From the NCBI RefSeq assembly GCF_004010195.1, contig NC_057758.1, positions 1,984,029 through 2,048,028 on the forward strand: a stretch of DNA of 64,000 bases. The letters run 5' to 3'. Under the pieces are notes generated by a model. That model did no database searches. It saw nothing but the letters and a program-made list of their open reading frames with translations, and had not been told where the DNA came from. The position numbers were made by a program, and so were the translations under genes. Positions 37,500 through 49,370 of this stretch are shown here, piece by piece. This stretch comes from Chiloscyllium plagiosum. Its lineage: Eukaryota. Each line of letters starts with the position of its first letter. Positions within the stretch are counted from its first letter, which is position 1.

Positions 37500-38125
37500 C
37501 AGATATTGGACAGGTGCCATGTTCAAGAAGTTGCACAGTGAAACGTTCAATTTCGAAGGTAATACTTTTGAAGTCATCTACAACTGGGAATTCCACTGTG
37601 TCCCTACATCTGGTTCCCTTGCAGGGTGGGATAAAGGCGTTCATAACAATAGAAAATCCCTGATAATTCGGTTAAAGGGAGAGCTTGGAACAAATGAAAG
37701 AGTGACATTTAATCTCCAGTCAGACCACTCAGGGGAAGACGGTTGTCTGAAATCACTGTTTCGCACACCAAAGAGGAGATTTCGCAAACCTTACGAACCA
37801 CCAATCCCGTCCCGCTGACCGCACAGTTGTGAGGCTTAGAGTCAGTTGAGCGGACTTCCATAGTGAGAAAGCCTTGCCGAGAAAGGGCAAGTTAATGCTG
37901 GAGGGGTCGGGCAACGAAGGTGAGCAGAGTTAAAATGTCACTTCAACATCCATTGCAACCTCAAGTGACAGAACACATTTAAGAGACAGCCTGGTCTCCC
38001 AGTTCCAACAAGTTGATAGCTCAGAGACTGGATAGATCTCTGAATGAAACCGTAGTCATTTCCTCTTTAACTCTGAAAGGCTGCGACAGGAGAAGGATTC
38101 GAAGAACCAGGAGAAGTGCATTTCT
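37500..38125 (-). pseudogene. Possible decayed leucine-rich-repeat coding remnant
   Basis: Minus-strand scraps LRILLLSQ..SFRDLSSL*AINL, GLRNLLF..ISDNRL, LTELSGIF..TLQGNQ and LQKYYLRN*TFHCATS*TW (LRR and LRRCT-like). Many stops. Confidence 0.25.
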
Positions 38126-38384
38126 TATTGTTCCCTGAGCTCCTCCTAGATAGATGTAATGTCTACAGTGCAGTCACTCTTTATGTAAACTTTTTGTGTG
38201 ATCCTGGAGTGAATCATTACTTGAGCCGATTGTCAACTTGCTCGACTTGAGGCTGGTTACACGGTCAGTTGAGTTGCCAAAGTCAAAAGAAAACATATTC
38301 AAAGATTGGTCAATTCCCCCAGCAGGTATTATATTCACTATATAATCTTAGGAATTGCATCTGGGTAATTAATAAGCGCGAATA

Positions 38385-38495
38385 TGACTCTGTGTGTGCG
38401 CGTGTGTGTATCCATTTGTCTGTTTGTGTTTGTCTGTGTATGCCTGTGTGCGTGCACGCGCGCCGGTGCACGCAGATGCATGTGTTTGGGTGACT
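38385..38495. repeat. (TG)n-rich microsatellite
   Basis: Visible TG repeats. Confidence 0.85.
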
Positions 38496-38699
38496 GTTCA
38501 TATTACTAAAAGTTGGACAAACTTTGAGTTCAGATCAAGAGAATTTCCGCTCCAGTCATGAAACAGATACTCAGCAGCTGGGTGAACAATGAAGAAACGG
38601 ATGCATTGCGTTGTTAACTTTCTGTTCCTGACTTTTCCTATCGTGGTCAATGATAAAGTGCAGATGAGGTATTTTGCGCCATGTTTCTTATTTGAGACA

Positions 38700-40790
38700 A
38701 TCAAAAGAGTGGAAAAACACATTAAGACAGGCAGCATCACATAGTGGAGAAGTCAACGCTTCGTGTATAAACCTTCTTCAGTACTGAGATCGGGGGAGTT
38801 GTAGTCAAACGGATGTGGGGGAGAATTGTGCATGGGGACAAGGACAGAGTGGTATGAAAGTGATAGGTAAACTCAAGTAAAGTATCCCGCCTGGTTGGTC
38901 GGTGGTAAGAGTGAATTTACTTGCGCTGCCTGGAAAGAAGGTTCGGTGATTGAGACGCAACAGGGGAGGAGCAGTTTGCAAGGGAGTAAGCGACCGGAAG
39001 GGAGGTTATTTGACAATAGAGAATTCGGTTGCTCTGTGTTGTCGGATGCCCAGGCAGAAGGTGACGGGTTGTTGATTCAGTTTGTGGTCTGATGCATTGT
39101 GGCAATGGAAGAGAACGAGGATAAACTTTAGATTAGATTAGATTACTTACAGTGTGGAAACAGGCCCTTCAGCCCAACAAGTCCACACCGACCCGCTGAA
39201 GCGCACCCATCCAGACCCATTCCCCTACATATCCCTCTGCACCTAACGGGCAATTTAGCACGGCCAATTCACCTAACCTGCACATCTTTGGACTGTGGGA
39301 GGAAACCGGAGCACCCGGAGGAAACTCACGCAGACACGGGGAGAATGTGCAACGGGGAGAATGTGCAATGGCGACGTCGAGGAACAGGATTCAGCACCAA
39401 GGCAGTGATCGAAGTAACAGCAGAACAGTATGTACATGTTCGATGTACCCGACAAGAGGAATGCATAGCTAGGGTCAACGCAAAGGCCATTGAACTCCTC
39501 ATGGATTTGGAGGAAATGGGAAGAGTTGAAGAATGAGTTATTGAGAGTGGAGTCGGTTTCGAGATGGACAGTAGGGTATTGGTGGAAGGGGACTGGAAGG
39601 ATATTTCAGAGAGGAAGAAGTTGAAGATCTGAAACCTGTCCTTATATTGTGTGGACGTGTATAAGGATTGCAGTACAGAATGAAGATCAAATGCTGAATG
39701 CCAGTGTTCTGGAATTTGCTGAAGAGTAGGAAGGCTTAGTTCATTTGTGGACGTACGCGTGACGATACTGTCCAATGCAAAGAGGAATCGAGATAGAGAA
39801 AAAAAAGGTTTTGGTCAGCAGGAGAATTCTGAGACGATGGGTCAGCTGGGGTTGTGAGCTTGTGGACTTGGGGAGCATGTACAACTGGGCAGTGCGAGGC
39901 TGATGGACTATAATGTTAGAGGTGTTGAAGGGGGGAATCACTGAAGGTGATGAGATCACCGTCAGTGTGAGTAATGCTGGCCTGGTGGGACATGGTGAGG
40001 TTGTGATTAATGGTGAGGTACGATGTGGAATTGGATATTTGGCATTCGGCATCTGCAACATAGAGGTCCTTCCTCCATACGATCATCACCTGCAATTGTC
40101 AGCGTGTTTAGTGATGAAGCGGGGATTGGTTCAGAGAGCGTGGAATGCTGCACGTTCGGACGGACTGAGTTTGGAATTAGTGAGGGGATTGGAGAACTCG
40201 AGGTAGCTGACGTTACGTCGGCAGTCAGCAACGGTAAATTCGAGAACAAATGTAAACTATGGGCATGTTTCACCGTGCATCTCAGCCGCACCCGCAAGGG
40301 TCACTGCACATTTCAAATCTGCATCCAATTCCCTTTCTCACATGATCATCTTCGGCTACCTGAATTGCCACAATGGCCCAGAGTCCAAATTGCAGCAAAT
40401 GCATCTCATCTGGGTAACCTGCAGCCCAGAGAACTCGACACTGAGTTCTCTAATTTCAAATTATATCCATTCCCATACCCCGACTCCTGTCGCAGCCCCT
40501 CCTTCTTCCTTCTATTCCATTGACTGAACGTTTCTTCCAGCCAACAAAATGATTCACTCCTCCCATGGACCAATGAGACAGTACTCTCTACCTGTCTTCA
40601 CCTATCACTACCTCAGAACCACGCCCCTCTCTCCACCAAAAACCCTCCCGATCCCTACTTTATCTGCACACCCCCATCCCCGGTCACAAGAAGGGTTATA
40701 TCCGAAGCTTTGCCTTCCCCATCTTCAGATGCTGTCAAGCCAAATGTGTTCTTCCAGCATCATGCTTATATACTTGGGATACCACCTTCG
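38700..40790 (-). mobile_element. Penelope-like element: minus-strand RT remnant between oppositely oriented terminal repeats
   Basis: Minus peptides SNIIVHQPRTAQLYMLPK and LQSLYTS...FFL...QSPSTNTLL (Penelope RT), ~39360-40215. Minus tail 38700-39115 and plus tail 40215-40790, each with a degenerate hammerhead-like remnant (~38755-38785, ~40685-40712). Confidence 0.8.
39128..39366 (-). mobile_element. HE1-type SINE (5'-truncated) inserted in the Penelope element
   Basis: (GATTA)n plus acagtgtggaaacaggccc; matches 28798-29020. Confidence 0.92.
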
Positions 40791-41192
40791 TCAGTTGTTT
40801 TTATAATGTCTCTATCTATGTTTACAATCGAAAATACTTTCGCAAATTCTGTGCAAAAAGAGAAAGGGCTTCTTCGCTTCAAATTTATCCCACGCCTTAC
40901 TAACACCATTGGCAATTGCTGTCATAGAATTATCAATTCTTTTATCATTGTTATCCTGCAACAATTTTGCAAATCGAATCTTATCTCTCTCAAATTTCGA
41001 TCAATTCAAACATTTGAACATCAAACTTTGTATTCTGATGAAATATGCTCAAACCGGTGTTCACAAAATCAGCGATTATTTATGTCCTCAAGTCTCCCAT
41101 CTGCCATCCCACAGTCGTATTGCTCAATCGTTAATATGCCAGGTTGCAAATCCTGGCCAGTCATCATCTGTCATCTTCCACAGCACTGAAGC

Positions 41193-41405
41193 GAAACATG
41201 TTCATGACAGATTTTTTCCACTCATTTCGATCGTTTGCTCGGTGTAAGATTTTAATGATCGAGATGACTGGCGTATCGCTTCTCTATATCCTGCTGTAAC
41301 CTGCCACATCCTTCCTCACTGAAACATGTTCATGACAGATTTTTTCCACTCATTTCGATCGTTTGCTCGGTGTAAGATTTTAATGATCGAGATGACTGGC
41401 GTATC
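41193..41405. repeat. Exact 85-bp direct duplication (41193-41277 and 41321-41405)
   Basis: gaaacatgttcatgacag...gatgactggcgtatc is identical in both copies, with a 43-bp spacer. Confidence 0.95.
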
Positions 41406-42089
41406 CTCTGAAGAGAGATGTGGCAGTATATGCCGATTTTCTCTGGAATTCAGACGAATGATACGAGATCTAATTGACACATACAGCATAGACTATCTAG
41501 AATGAGAGTCTTCGTTTAAGCATCAGGGCTAGTAGGTTTAACACAGAGATGAGGAGGAATTACATCTCCTGAAGACGCATAAACCAATGAAATGCACGCA
41601 GCGAACTCCAAGATAATGAGTAAATTTAAGGAGCAGATAGACTTTCTTCTCATTAGTAATTGATTGAATCATAATGAAAACCGTGCAGCAAAGTAGAGTT
41701 GTGGCAAAGATGAGATTGACCGGAATTATTAAAAACTTTCAGAGAAGGCACAAGGGAATGAATGACTTCCTCATCTTCATTTCTTTTTTGTGCTCTTCTA
41801 TTGATTTTGAAACACCTGCAGAATGCCTTTTAGGTTCAGCACCGTCCACGGCATTTGGGAGAGATTGGTGGCATGAGGTGGGAATTAATCAGAACAGTAA
41901 TTTTATTTAAAACTATCAGAACACAATAATTGTGTATCGTCTAACCTAAGTAGGGGAAGAATCCCCGTTTCAGTAACACCCCACGCCGCTGCCTACATCA
42001 CCCCCATCCGACGATATGGCACTGCTTTTCACATTAAGAACAGGTGTTTGTGTGTTGTGAGGTGTGGGTTTCGAGAACGAAACAATGGC

Positions 42090-42097
42090 TATAAATA
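42090..42097 (+). promoter_or_regulatory. Candidate TATA box of the GPCR gene
   Basis: TATAAATA lies 363 bp upstream of the ATG in non-repeat sequence. Motif evidence only. Confidence 0.3.
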
Positions 42098-42452
42098 ATT
42101 GATTGATTTTGAGAGGTTCACCCTTTATTCAAGAAACTAGGTTCCTCTCATTCAGATTGATGAAGATGCAAAATTATCATACTGCAAAAAGTGAGTTGTA
42201 AGAGGTTAAATGTCTCTTGTTGACTGTCACTAACAGCCGGCGCCTGAAATTACCTAGTGGATTTGTCTACTCGCATTACCAGTCTCAGAGGTCTAATTGT
42301 CTTCCTGTCGATTTCCCGCCTTGCCAACGTTCTGATAAATTGCCAGAGATAAAAACACCCCTGGCACTGAGAGGAATTATCAGCTGCAGCGAGAGTTGGG
42401 GCGGAAGAAAGTCGGTCAGAATTACAAAAGTTGGAATTTGGAGGTGACAACA

Positions 42453-42591
42453 ATGGGAAAAGGTTTTTCGTCGGAGTACGACTATCTATCTGCAAATTAT
42501 GACAACATACCATTAGCATCTCGGATTAATTTGGCTCTTCAGGTATTTCAGCATATTTTCTATCCCGTCCTCGCCATTGTGGGTGTACCTG
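42453..42591 (+). CDS. gpr139-like: GPR139/GPR142-like orphan GPCR, coding exon 1 (N-terminus and first half of TM1)
   Basis: ATG in strong Kozak context (acaATGG). Translates MGKGFSSEYDYLSANYDNIPLASRINLALQVFQHIFYPVLAIVGVP. The phase-1 donor G|GTAAGT at 42592 joins in frame to exon 2, giving GVPAN. Confidence 0.85.
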
Positions 42592-43197
42592 GTAAGTCTC
42601 TCTGTCCAGCTAGTTGTTCTGTATTTCACATTTAGGCCCATCAGGTGTCGAGCATTTTCTACACCCCACAACCTCACTCGTTAACATACTTAGGAACACA
42701 GGAAGAGTAATAAGGTATTCAGCCATCGAACTTGTTCTGCCTTTCAATTAGATGGTGGCTTAACTCCATATACCTGACTTTGACCTATAACCTTAAATAA
42801 TACGCTTATTTCTCTTATATTTAAAATTAATAACTTATCCAGATTCCAATTCCTTTTGCGGAGGACAGTTCCAAATGTCGATCATTCTGTGAGTAAGTCT
42901 ATTTTGTACCACCTCTCTTGAATGGCCTGGCCCTAGTTCTCAGATTATGAATCGCGTTGCAGAATGCCCAAGAATTTGAAATCGTTTGTCTTAATCTGAC
43001 TTTCATCAGATGAACCATTGATTTGATTTTCAGATGATACTGGCGTGATCTGTATAAATTCTTGCCACACTTTAACTCGTGAAATCCAGTTATCATTCCG
43101 GCAAACCTGCTCGCATTACTCCAAGTGGAATCTCTCCAGGGTTTTGCTTGTCTGTAACATTACTGAAGAATTCCTATATTCCTGTTCTCAAGATGGT

Positions 43198-43500
43198 GGG
43201 CGGCCCTGCTGCCTCACAGCGCCAGAGACCCGGGTTCAATTCCCGCCTCAGGCAACTGACTGTTTTGGAGTTTGCACGTTCTCCCCATGTCTGCGTGGGT
43301 TTCCTCCGGGTGCTCCGGTTTCCTCCCACAGTCCAAAGATGTGTAGGTCAGGTAAATTGGCCATGCTAAATTGCCCGTATTGTTAGGTAAGGGGTAAATG
43401 CAGGGGTATGGGTGGGTTGCGCTTCGGCGGGGCGGTGTGGACTTGTTGGGCCGAAGGGCCTGTTTCCACACTGTAAGTAATATAATCTAATCTAATATAA
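43198..43500 (+). mobile_element. HE1-type SINE (box A region deleted)
   Basis: Box B GGTTCAATTCC. Reverse complement of 28798-29109. (TAATC)n tail. Confidence 0.95.
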
Positions 43501-43624
43501 TCGCTTGCATTTTATTCGCTGTCTTGATGTTTTACTTCCATTCCTGTTATTTTAAAGTTCAGTTCAACAGAGCCCGGAAATCCCGTTGTTAATCCACTGT
43601 ACTTAACTTCAAACCACTTATAAA

Positions 43625-43790
43625 ATCATAGAATTATAGAATGCCTACAGTGTTGCAATAAGCCATTTTCCCAACAAGTCCACTCCGTCCCTCTGAGAAC
43701 TAATCCACCCAGACCGATTCCCTTACCCTATTACGCTCCATTTACCCCGACCGAGGCATCGAAGACACACTTCCTTGAACACTAAAAATG
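43625..43790 (-). mobile_element. HE1-type SINE 3' fragment
   Basis: ccaacaagtccac..ccctc...acccagacc similarity to other copies. Confidence 0.65.
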
Positions 43791-44604
43791 ATCTGATGTA
43801 TTTTTGTATTGTTGGAAATGGATAAGCTCACATTAACTTATGTGGAACTCCATCTATCAAAATGTTGTCCTTTTATTAGGTCTGTCAGCATTTACATGTA
43901 ACTTGTTGCTTTCATCTACACTGACTACCTTGTCACCTAACATGTTTACCTGGTCAATTTCTCAACTGCAAATCCTGTCTCAATTGCATGTGCTACTTTT
44001 CGACATCGGGTATTTGAAACACAGATATTGTTTTATTGGCTTACCTCGCGGATTCTCAATTTCCACAAGTATAAGCTCACTCTCTAAAGAGCATCCACAC
44101 CATAAGCTCTGCCCTCTCTCTTCTCAGATGCTGCTAGACCTAGTCAGTTTCCCCAGCAACTTGCTTTTTTTTATCTGGAAGAAATTTATTTTGCTTTTGA
44201 GATGGAAAACAATTTAAGATGCCTTACCCTTCCCATCGGCAATTCTGTTGATGACTACCCCATAATAGATTCCATCGCTAAAGCCACAGCTCATTGACTG
44301 CAAGGTGCCTCACTAGCGACTATAATGAATCAACATCACCATACTCCCAATGATGTAGTGGCGACCCTATAGTTAGAAAGTGCTGAAATTACAGCTCATG
44401 GACAACAATGCTCTGCCACCTTAATGTGCTTGAAGTTCTTATTTCGAAATCCATCCTACATCGTCCAAGTTGAATTCTTGATATTGCATTCGGCAAAAGT
44501 TCCCTTTTATTTCAAATGATGGTCTGAATATTTGGCTGCAACTAAAAACAAATATGACCGTGCATTCGTTGTCTCGACCCCGACAGCAACAGAAACGTGG
44601 AGTG

Positions 44605-44885
44605 TTGGGTGACATCGTGGTTCAATGGTGATCCCTGTTGCCTCACAGTTCCTAGGATCTGGGTTCGAGTCTGCACTCGTGTGACTACCTGTGTGAAGCT
44701 TTGTTTCAGTTTCCTCCCTCAGTTTAAATATGTGCAGGTCAGGAGGATTTCCCAGTAGGGTACAGGGATATGCCAACTGGGTGGATTGTCTGAAAGAAAT
44801 GTAATGTTACAGCAGAGTCTATGCGTGCGGTGTTTGGAGGTAATCGTTACAGACTCGATCCTACACTGTACGATTTTGATGCTTT
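44605..44885 (+). mobile_element. Diverged HE1-type SINE
   Basis: tggttcaatgg...gcctcacag...gggttcgagtc head; atgtgcaggtcagg body. Confidence 0.65.
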
Positions 44886-44899
44886 GAGGTGATCTGAAT

Positions 44900-45380
44900 T
44901 CCAAGCCTTAGGTAGGATAGTTTGGCCTTTAAGGAGTTCATCGGAATCAAAGATACTTACAAGAATGTGAACTATATGTCACAGTTAAGTTATGAGGAGA
45001 GATTATGCAAATTAAGCCTGCATTCACCAGAATTTAAAAGCTTAATAGGCGATCCGTTGAATATTTTAGAGCTATTTAGAGGAAGACACAGATAAAATTT
45101 CCACTGGTTGGAGATTTTAGAAATCGGGAACTCAGTCTGAGAATTAGGACAAGACCATCCACAGGAGATGTGAGCAAGCACTTCCACTCACAAAAGATCG
45201 TAAGGAAAGAAGAATTGCCCTTCAATGCCTCCAGTCAATACTCGATCAGTAAGCAAAGTCGTTTCAGTATAAATGTGCTGAAAGGAAATTGTAGATTGGC
45301 GTCAGATCAGCGACGACATGATTAAGTAATCAAAACGTCTTGAGAAACTGAAGGCCTATTCCTGTTCTTATGTTCCTGAA
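44900..45380 (+). mobile_element. Old CR1 3' fragment
   Basis: LSYEERL..LSLHS.EF motif; tail ggcctattcctgttcttatgttc. Confidence 0.6.
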
Positions 45381-46599
45381 AACTGTCCTTTGTTGCTTCA
45401 TAGAAGGAAGTATGTCTTACTTTTTATTTCGCACTAATAATGCATTCTTCAATCTTTTAGAAGGTAGAAGTGCCTCACCTCAATAGGATCTTAAATTGAA
45501 CTTGTCAATCGAGACTCTGCAATCGCATCAGGTCGTGCAAAGCCAAATGCAGTCTCCGGCCTTAACTCTTTCAAACCATGACGTGTCACACGAGTTTCAA
45601 ACAACATCCTTTCTTGACACCAGAGTTTAAAATTGCATAATTGAGTGTATATGTCTATCTTGTAGATCACCATAAATGGTTTCCCACCGACTGTTGGAAG
45701 TTACAAATCTCTGGACTTGGGATTTCCCAATTCTTCCAAATTATGTTCTCCTCTCATTGATGGCGTTGATTTTCAACCTCGTTTTTGATGAGCTATAAAT
45801 AGTGTCTGAACCAGAAAATTCATTCATCCTTTGGATGCCTTTTGTGATGAATGGCATTGTGGTTGAAACAAACCATGTGTCAATTGCCTCATCAAGAATC
45901 TCCAGCACCTTCCACCGCTTTATTAGCCAATGTGAAAGACATTGTTCTTTTGAGATAAGTGTTGTCTTCTTATTACGTTTTCTGAATTCAGGGTTTCTGT
46001 AGTTGTTGACTTTCTTCACTTGTTTGTGATTGTTTGCTTGATGCCCGCTTATTCTGTTAATTTTGCGAACGGGATTGGAGGGGTTTCAGCTTCATACTTC
46101 TCAAAAATGAAGTAATTGTAAATTTGAATCAATGTTTCGTAAGTTTGTTGAGAAGTTTCGATCTGGTGCAGTGCATATATGATCCACACTGGAGGCGGCT
46201 GATTTTCTGCTCTCCGATCTGTCCTATAGAAGGAAGGAAAGGTGGTGGCTGATGGGTCAGAAGTGGTCTTGTTGTATCTGTTCTTCCCTCGTTCTATGTA
46301 GGGTAATGCCTTATATTCTCCTAATGATTTTGTATCTCATTTTCCCCGAACATCTCACTCGTAACAAAATCACGCCAAACAACGACCCCGACGTATCCCC
46401 TGTTGACATCTCTTAGTATGTGTAGGTTGGCCACCTGTACATTTTCAGACACGTCTATAAAGCTGGCCCTTAGTTCCCAGAGGCAGCTACCCATTGGAAC
46501 CTATGAACAAGTATCAACAGTAGGCCAACCCACCTTTTGAGCCTTCTCTGCCATTTATTCTCAACTCCACACTGGAAAACAACAATATATACTAATTAG

Positions 46600-47075
46600 A
46601 CTCGCCTTGTGAGTAAAATCGCGTCAAGAGGGCGTAAGAGGGCGTAAGCGAGTATCTCACTTCTGACTTCCAAAGAGCAAGGGATTCGTCAGGACTGTGA
46701 GGGATGGATGCAGCTTCAACAACATTCGAGAAGTCCGACACTATCCACGAAAGCGCAGATCTTCTATTTAAGAAGATATCCATGAACACCCACTCGCTCC
46801 ACCATCACGCTCGGTTTCAGCTATGTTTACCATTGGGAAGATGCACCACAGAAATTCGGCAAACATCCTCAGCCAATACTTTCCACTTGTCTGACCACTT
46901 CCATCAAGAAGGATTAAGGTGGCGGATACAAGCAGAAACATCCACCTGCAAGTTCCCGCCCGAGACATGCACCATACTTACATGAAAATGTATCACTGCT
47001 ACTGGGCTAATGTTTTGGAACTGTATATCCAATGGTAGGGTGTTCCTGCACCACATGCACTGCAGCAATCCACAA
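46600..47075 (+). mobile_element. 3' fragment of the LINE family at 5636-8808
   Basis: WMDAASTTFEKSDTIHE and ccacctgcaagttccc, similar to 8320-8700. Confidence 0.7.
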
Positions 47076-47089
47076 TTTGATGAGAACAA

Positions 47090-48320
47090 CAAACCGGAGT
47101 TGCAGTCGACAGCGAAAAAAGTTACCTCAGGGTACAATGGGATCTTGATCAGATGTATCAATGGACTGCAGAGTGGCCGATGGACGTTAGACTCATAGAA
47201 GTTCTAGAATTTGGAAACAGGCCTTTCGGCCCAGCCTTACCACACCAGTCCAAAACGCAAATCTGTCCCAGACACATTCCACATTTATCCCTGACCAATT
47301 CACCTAACCCACACATCCCTGAACACCCTGGGCATTTTGCATGGCCCAGTCACCTCATCTGAACATCTTTGGGCTACAGGAGGCCATCGGGACACGCAGA
47401 TGAAACCCACGTAGCTACGGGAGAGTGTGAAAACTCCACACAGACAGTCAACCGAGGCCGAAATTGAACCCGCATCCCTGGCGCTGTAAGGCACTAGTGA
47501 TCCACTGATCACCATGCCGCCATCATAGATAAATTTAGATAAATGTGCGGGGTTGTGTTTTGTAAAGGCAAATCAGAGTAAGACTTATACACTTCATGGT
47601 GAGGTCCTGGGGCATGTAGCTGATCAAAGAGAAATTCGAGTACACGTTCATAATTTCTTGAAAATAAAGTCGGGGGTAGATATGATAGTGAAGAAGACAT
47701 GTGGCATGTTTTCCTTTATTGAGAAAAGCATTGAATATAGTTATTAGGAGGTCATGTTTCGGCTGTACAGGACAGAATATTGTGTGCAATTCTGCTCTCC
47801 TTCCTAACAGAAGAATGTTGTGAATCTTGAAAGGGCTTACAACAGATTTACTCCGATTTTGGCAGTGTTGTAGGATTTGAGCTGAATACGCTATGGCTGT
47901 TTTCTTTGGAGCGTCAGATGCTGAGGGGTGACGTTATAGATGTTTATAAAATCATGCAGGACTTTGGTAGGATAAATAGACAAGGTGGTTTTTCTTCCTG
48001 GGCTGGGCCGGGGCAGTCCAGTAGAAGAGGGCTTAGGTTTAGGGTGTGCAGGACATGATGTAAAAGGAACCTCATGGGCATTTCTTTTTACAGAGAGGGA
48101 GGTGCGTGTCTGGAATGAGTTGCCGGAAGAAGTGTGGAGGTAGGACAATTACGACATTTAAAAGGCATCTGGTGGCTATATGAATCGGAAAAGTTTAGAG
48201 GGATAATGACTAAGTGTTGGCTAATGGGATTAGAATACGTTAGGACGTTTTGTGGGCATGGAAGAATTGGACCAAAAAGCCTGTTTCTGTGCAATAAATC
48301 TCCGTGACTCTATGACTAAG
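47090..48320 (+). mobile_element. CR1 LINE 3' fragment with a nested antisense HE1-type SINE (~47190-47525)
   Basis: WTAEWPM, EYCVQF and LRGDVIDVYKIM motifs. Tail cctgtttctgtgc...gactctatgact. The SINE matches other copies. Confidence 0.85.
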
Positions 48321-48589
48321 GTCGTACAGTTTCATTTTCTCATGATGCAGGAAGGGATAAGATACTGCATTCAGCCAGCGACACTCATGTTGTAGTTCTG
48401 AATCTGTTGATCTAAGTTATGGTTTGTGAGTGGTTTGCTTTGCCTTGTTGGACGTGGAGTGGGTGACTTCAATTGTCCTCTGTGAATAATTAAATACCTA
48501 CATATCTTCAGTCGTGGTCGTGGACTGTCATGACTCTGAAACAGTGATCATTTTCACTCTTTGACGGAAACGAAAATGATTGAAACGAA

Positions 48590-49370
48590 AAACCAAATGC
48601 TGGAGGGCACAGCTGGTCAGGCAGCCTTCTTTGAGGGATAATAAATTCACTTTCCGGATCAAGCTGGCCCTTCATCAGAGGTGAAGTGAGGTGTGGAGGT
48701 GGGATTATTTATGCTATAGTTTCAGGGGAGGGGTGGTTGAAGGGTAGTGTGCTGGGAAGAAAAGATGTTGATATTAAGTTCAAATTAAGTGATCAGAATG
48801 TGGAATGTCGGAACAATGGTGTGTCCAACTGCCAGACTTTAAAAAAAATGACGTTGTCTCTGGGGTGGGGGCAGGAGAGTGAACAAAGTGACAGAGAATG
48901 CAAAAATTAAGGCTACTGGAAAGGGAAGGAATGCGAGTTGGCTCAGAATTTGAAGCTGACCATATCAGTATATGGTCCAGAACGTTGTAAAGTGCATACT
49001 CTGAAGATGAGCTTTTGTTCTCCCAGTTTGTGCAGCGACTTACTGGAGCAGAAAGTTGCGTTAAATGTCTGGCTAAGAGAATTTTGGGGACATGCTTGCG
49101 AACAGAGCAGATTTATTCTGCAAAACGGTTACCCAATCTGCGTTTGGTGGCAGCAAATAAAACACACATGATTGCAGGAGGTATATGTGCAATGATGCTT
49201 TACCGGGAAGCCCTTGGATGATGAGTAATGAATAGCAAAGGGGAAAGTGCTGCACATTCTGCAGTTACATGAGAAGATACCGTAGGAAAAGGGTTGCTGC
49301 TATTGCATGATGAATGAGAACAATCCCAGTGAAATACAGATAGATGGAGTGAAGAATGAACAGCAATCGT
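48590..49370 (-). mobile_element. Penelope-like element 3' region, diverged
   Basis: Similar to the reverse complement of 2190-2770. Hammerhead remnant (minus strand ctgatgaaggg...ggaaagtg) at ~48648-48678. Confidence 0.6.

Noticed and set aside
45700..46450. Possible minus-strand retroelement remnant
   Set aside because: It is too diverged to assign, and no diagnostic motif was recognised.
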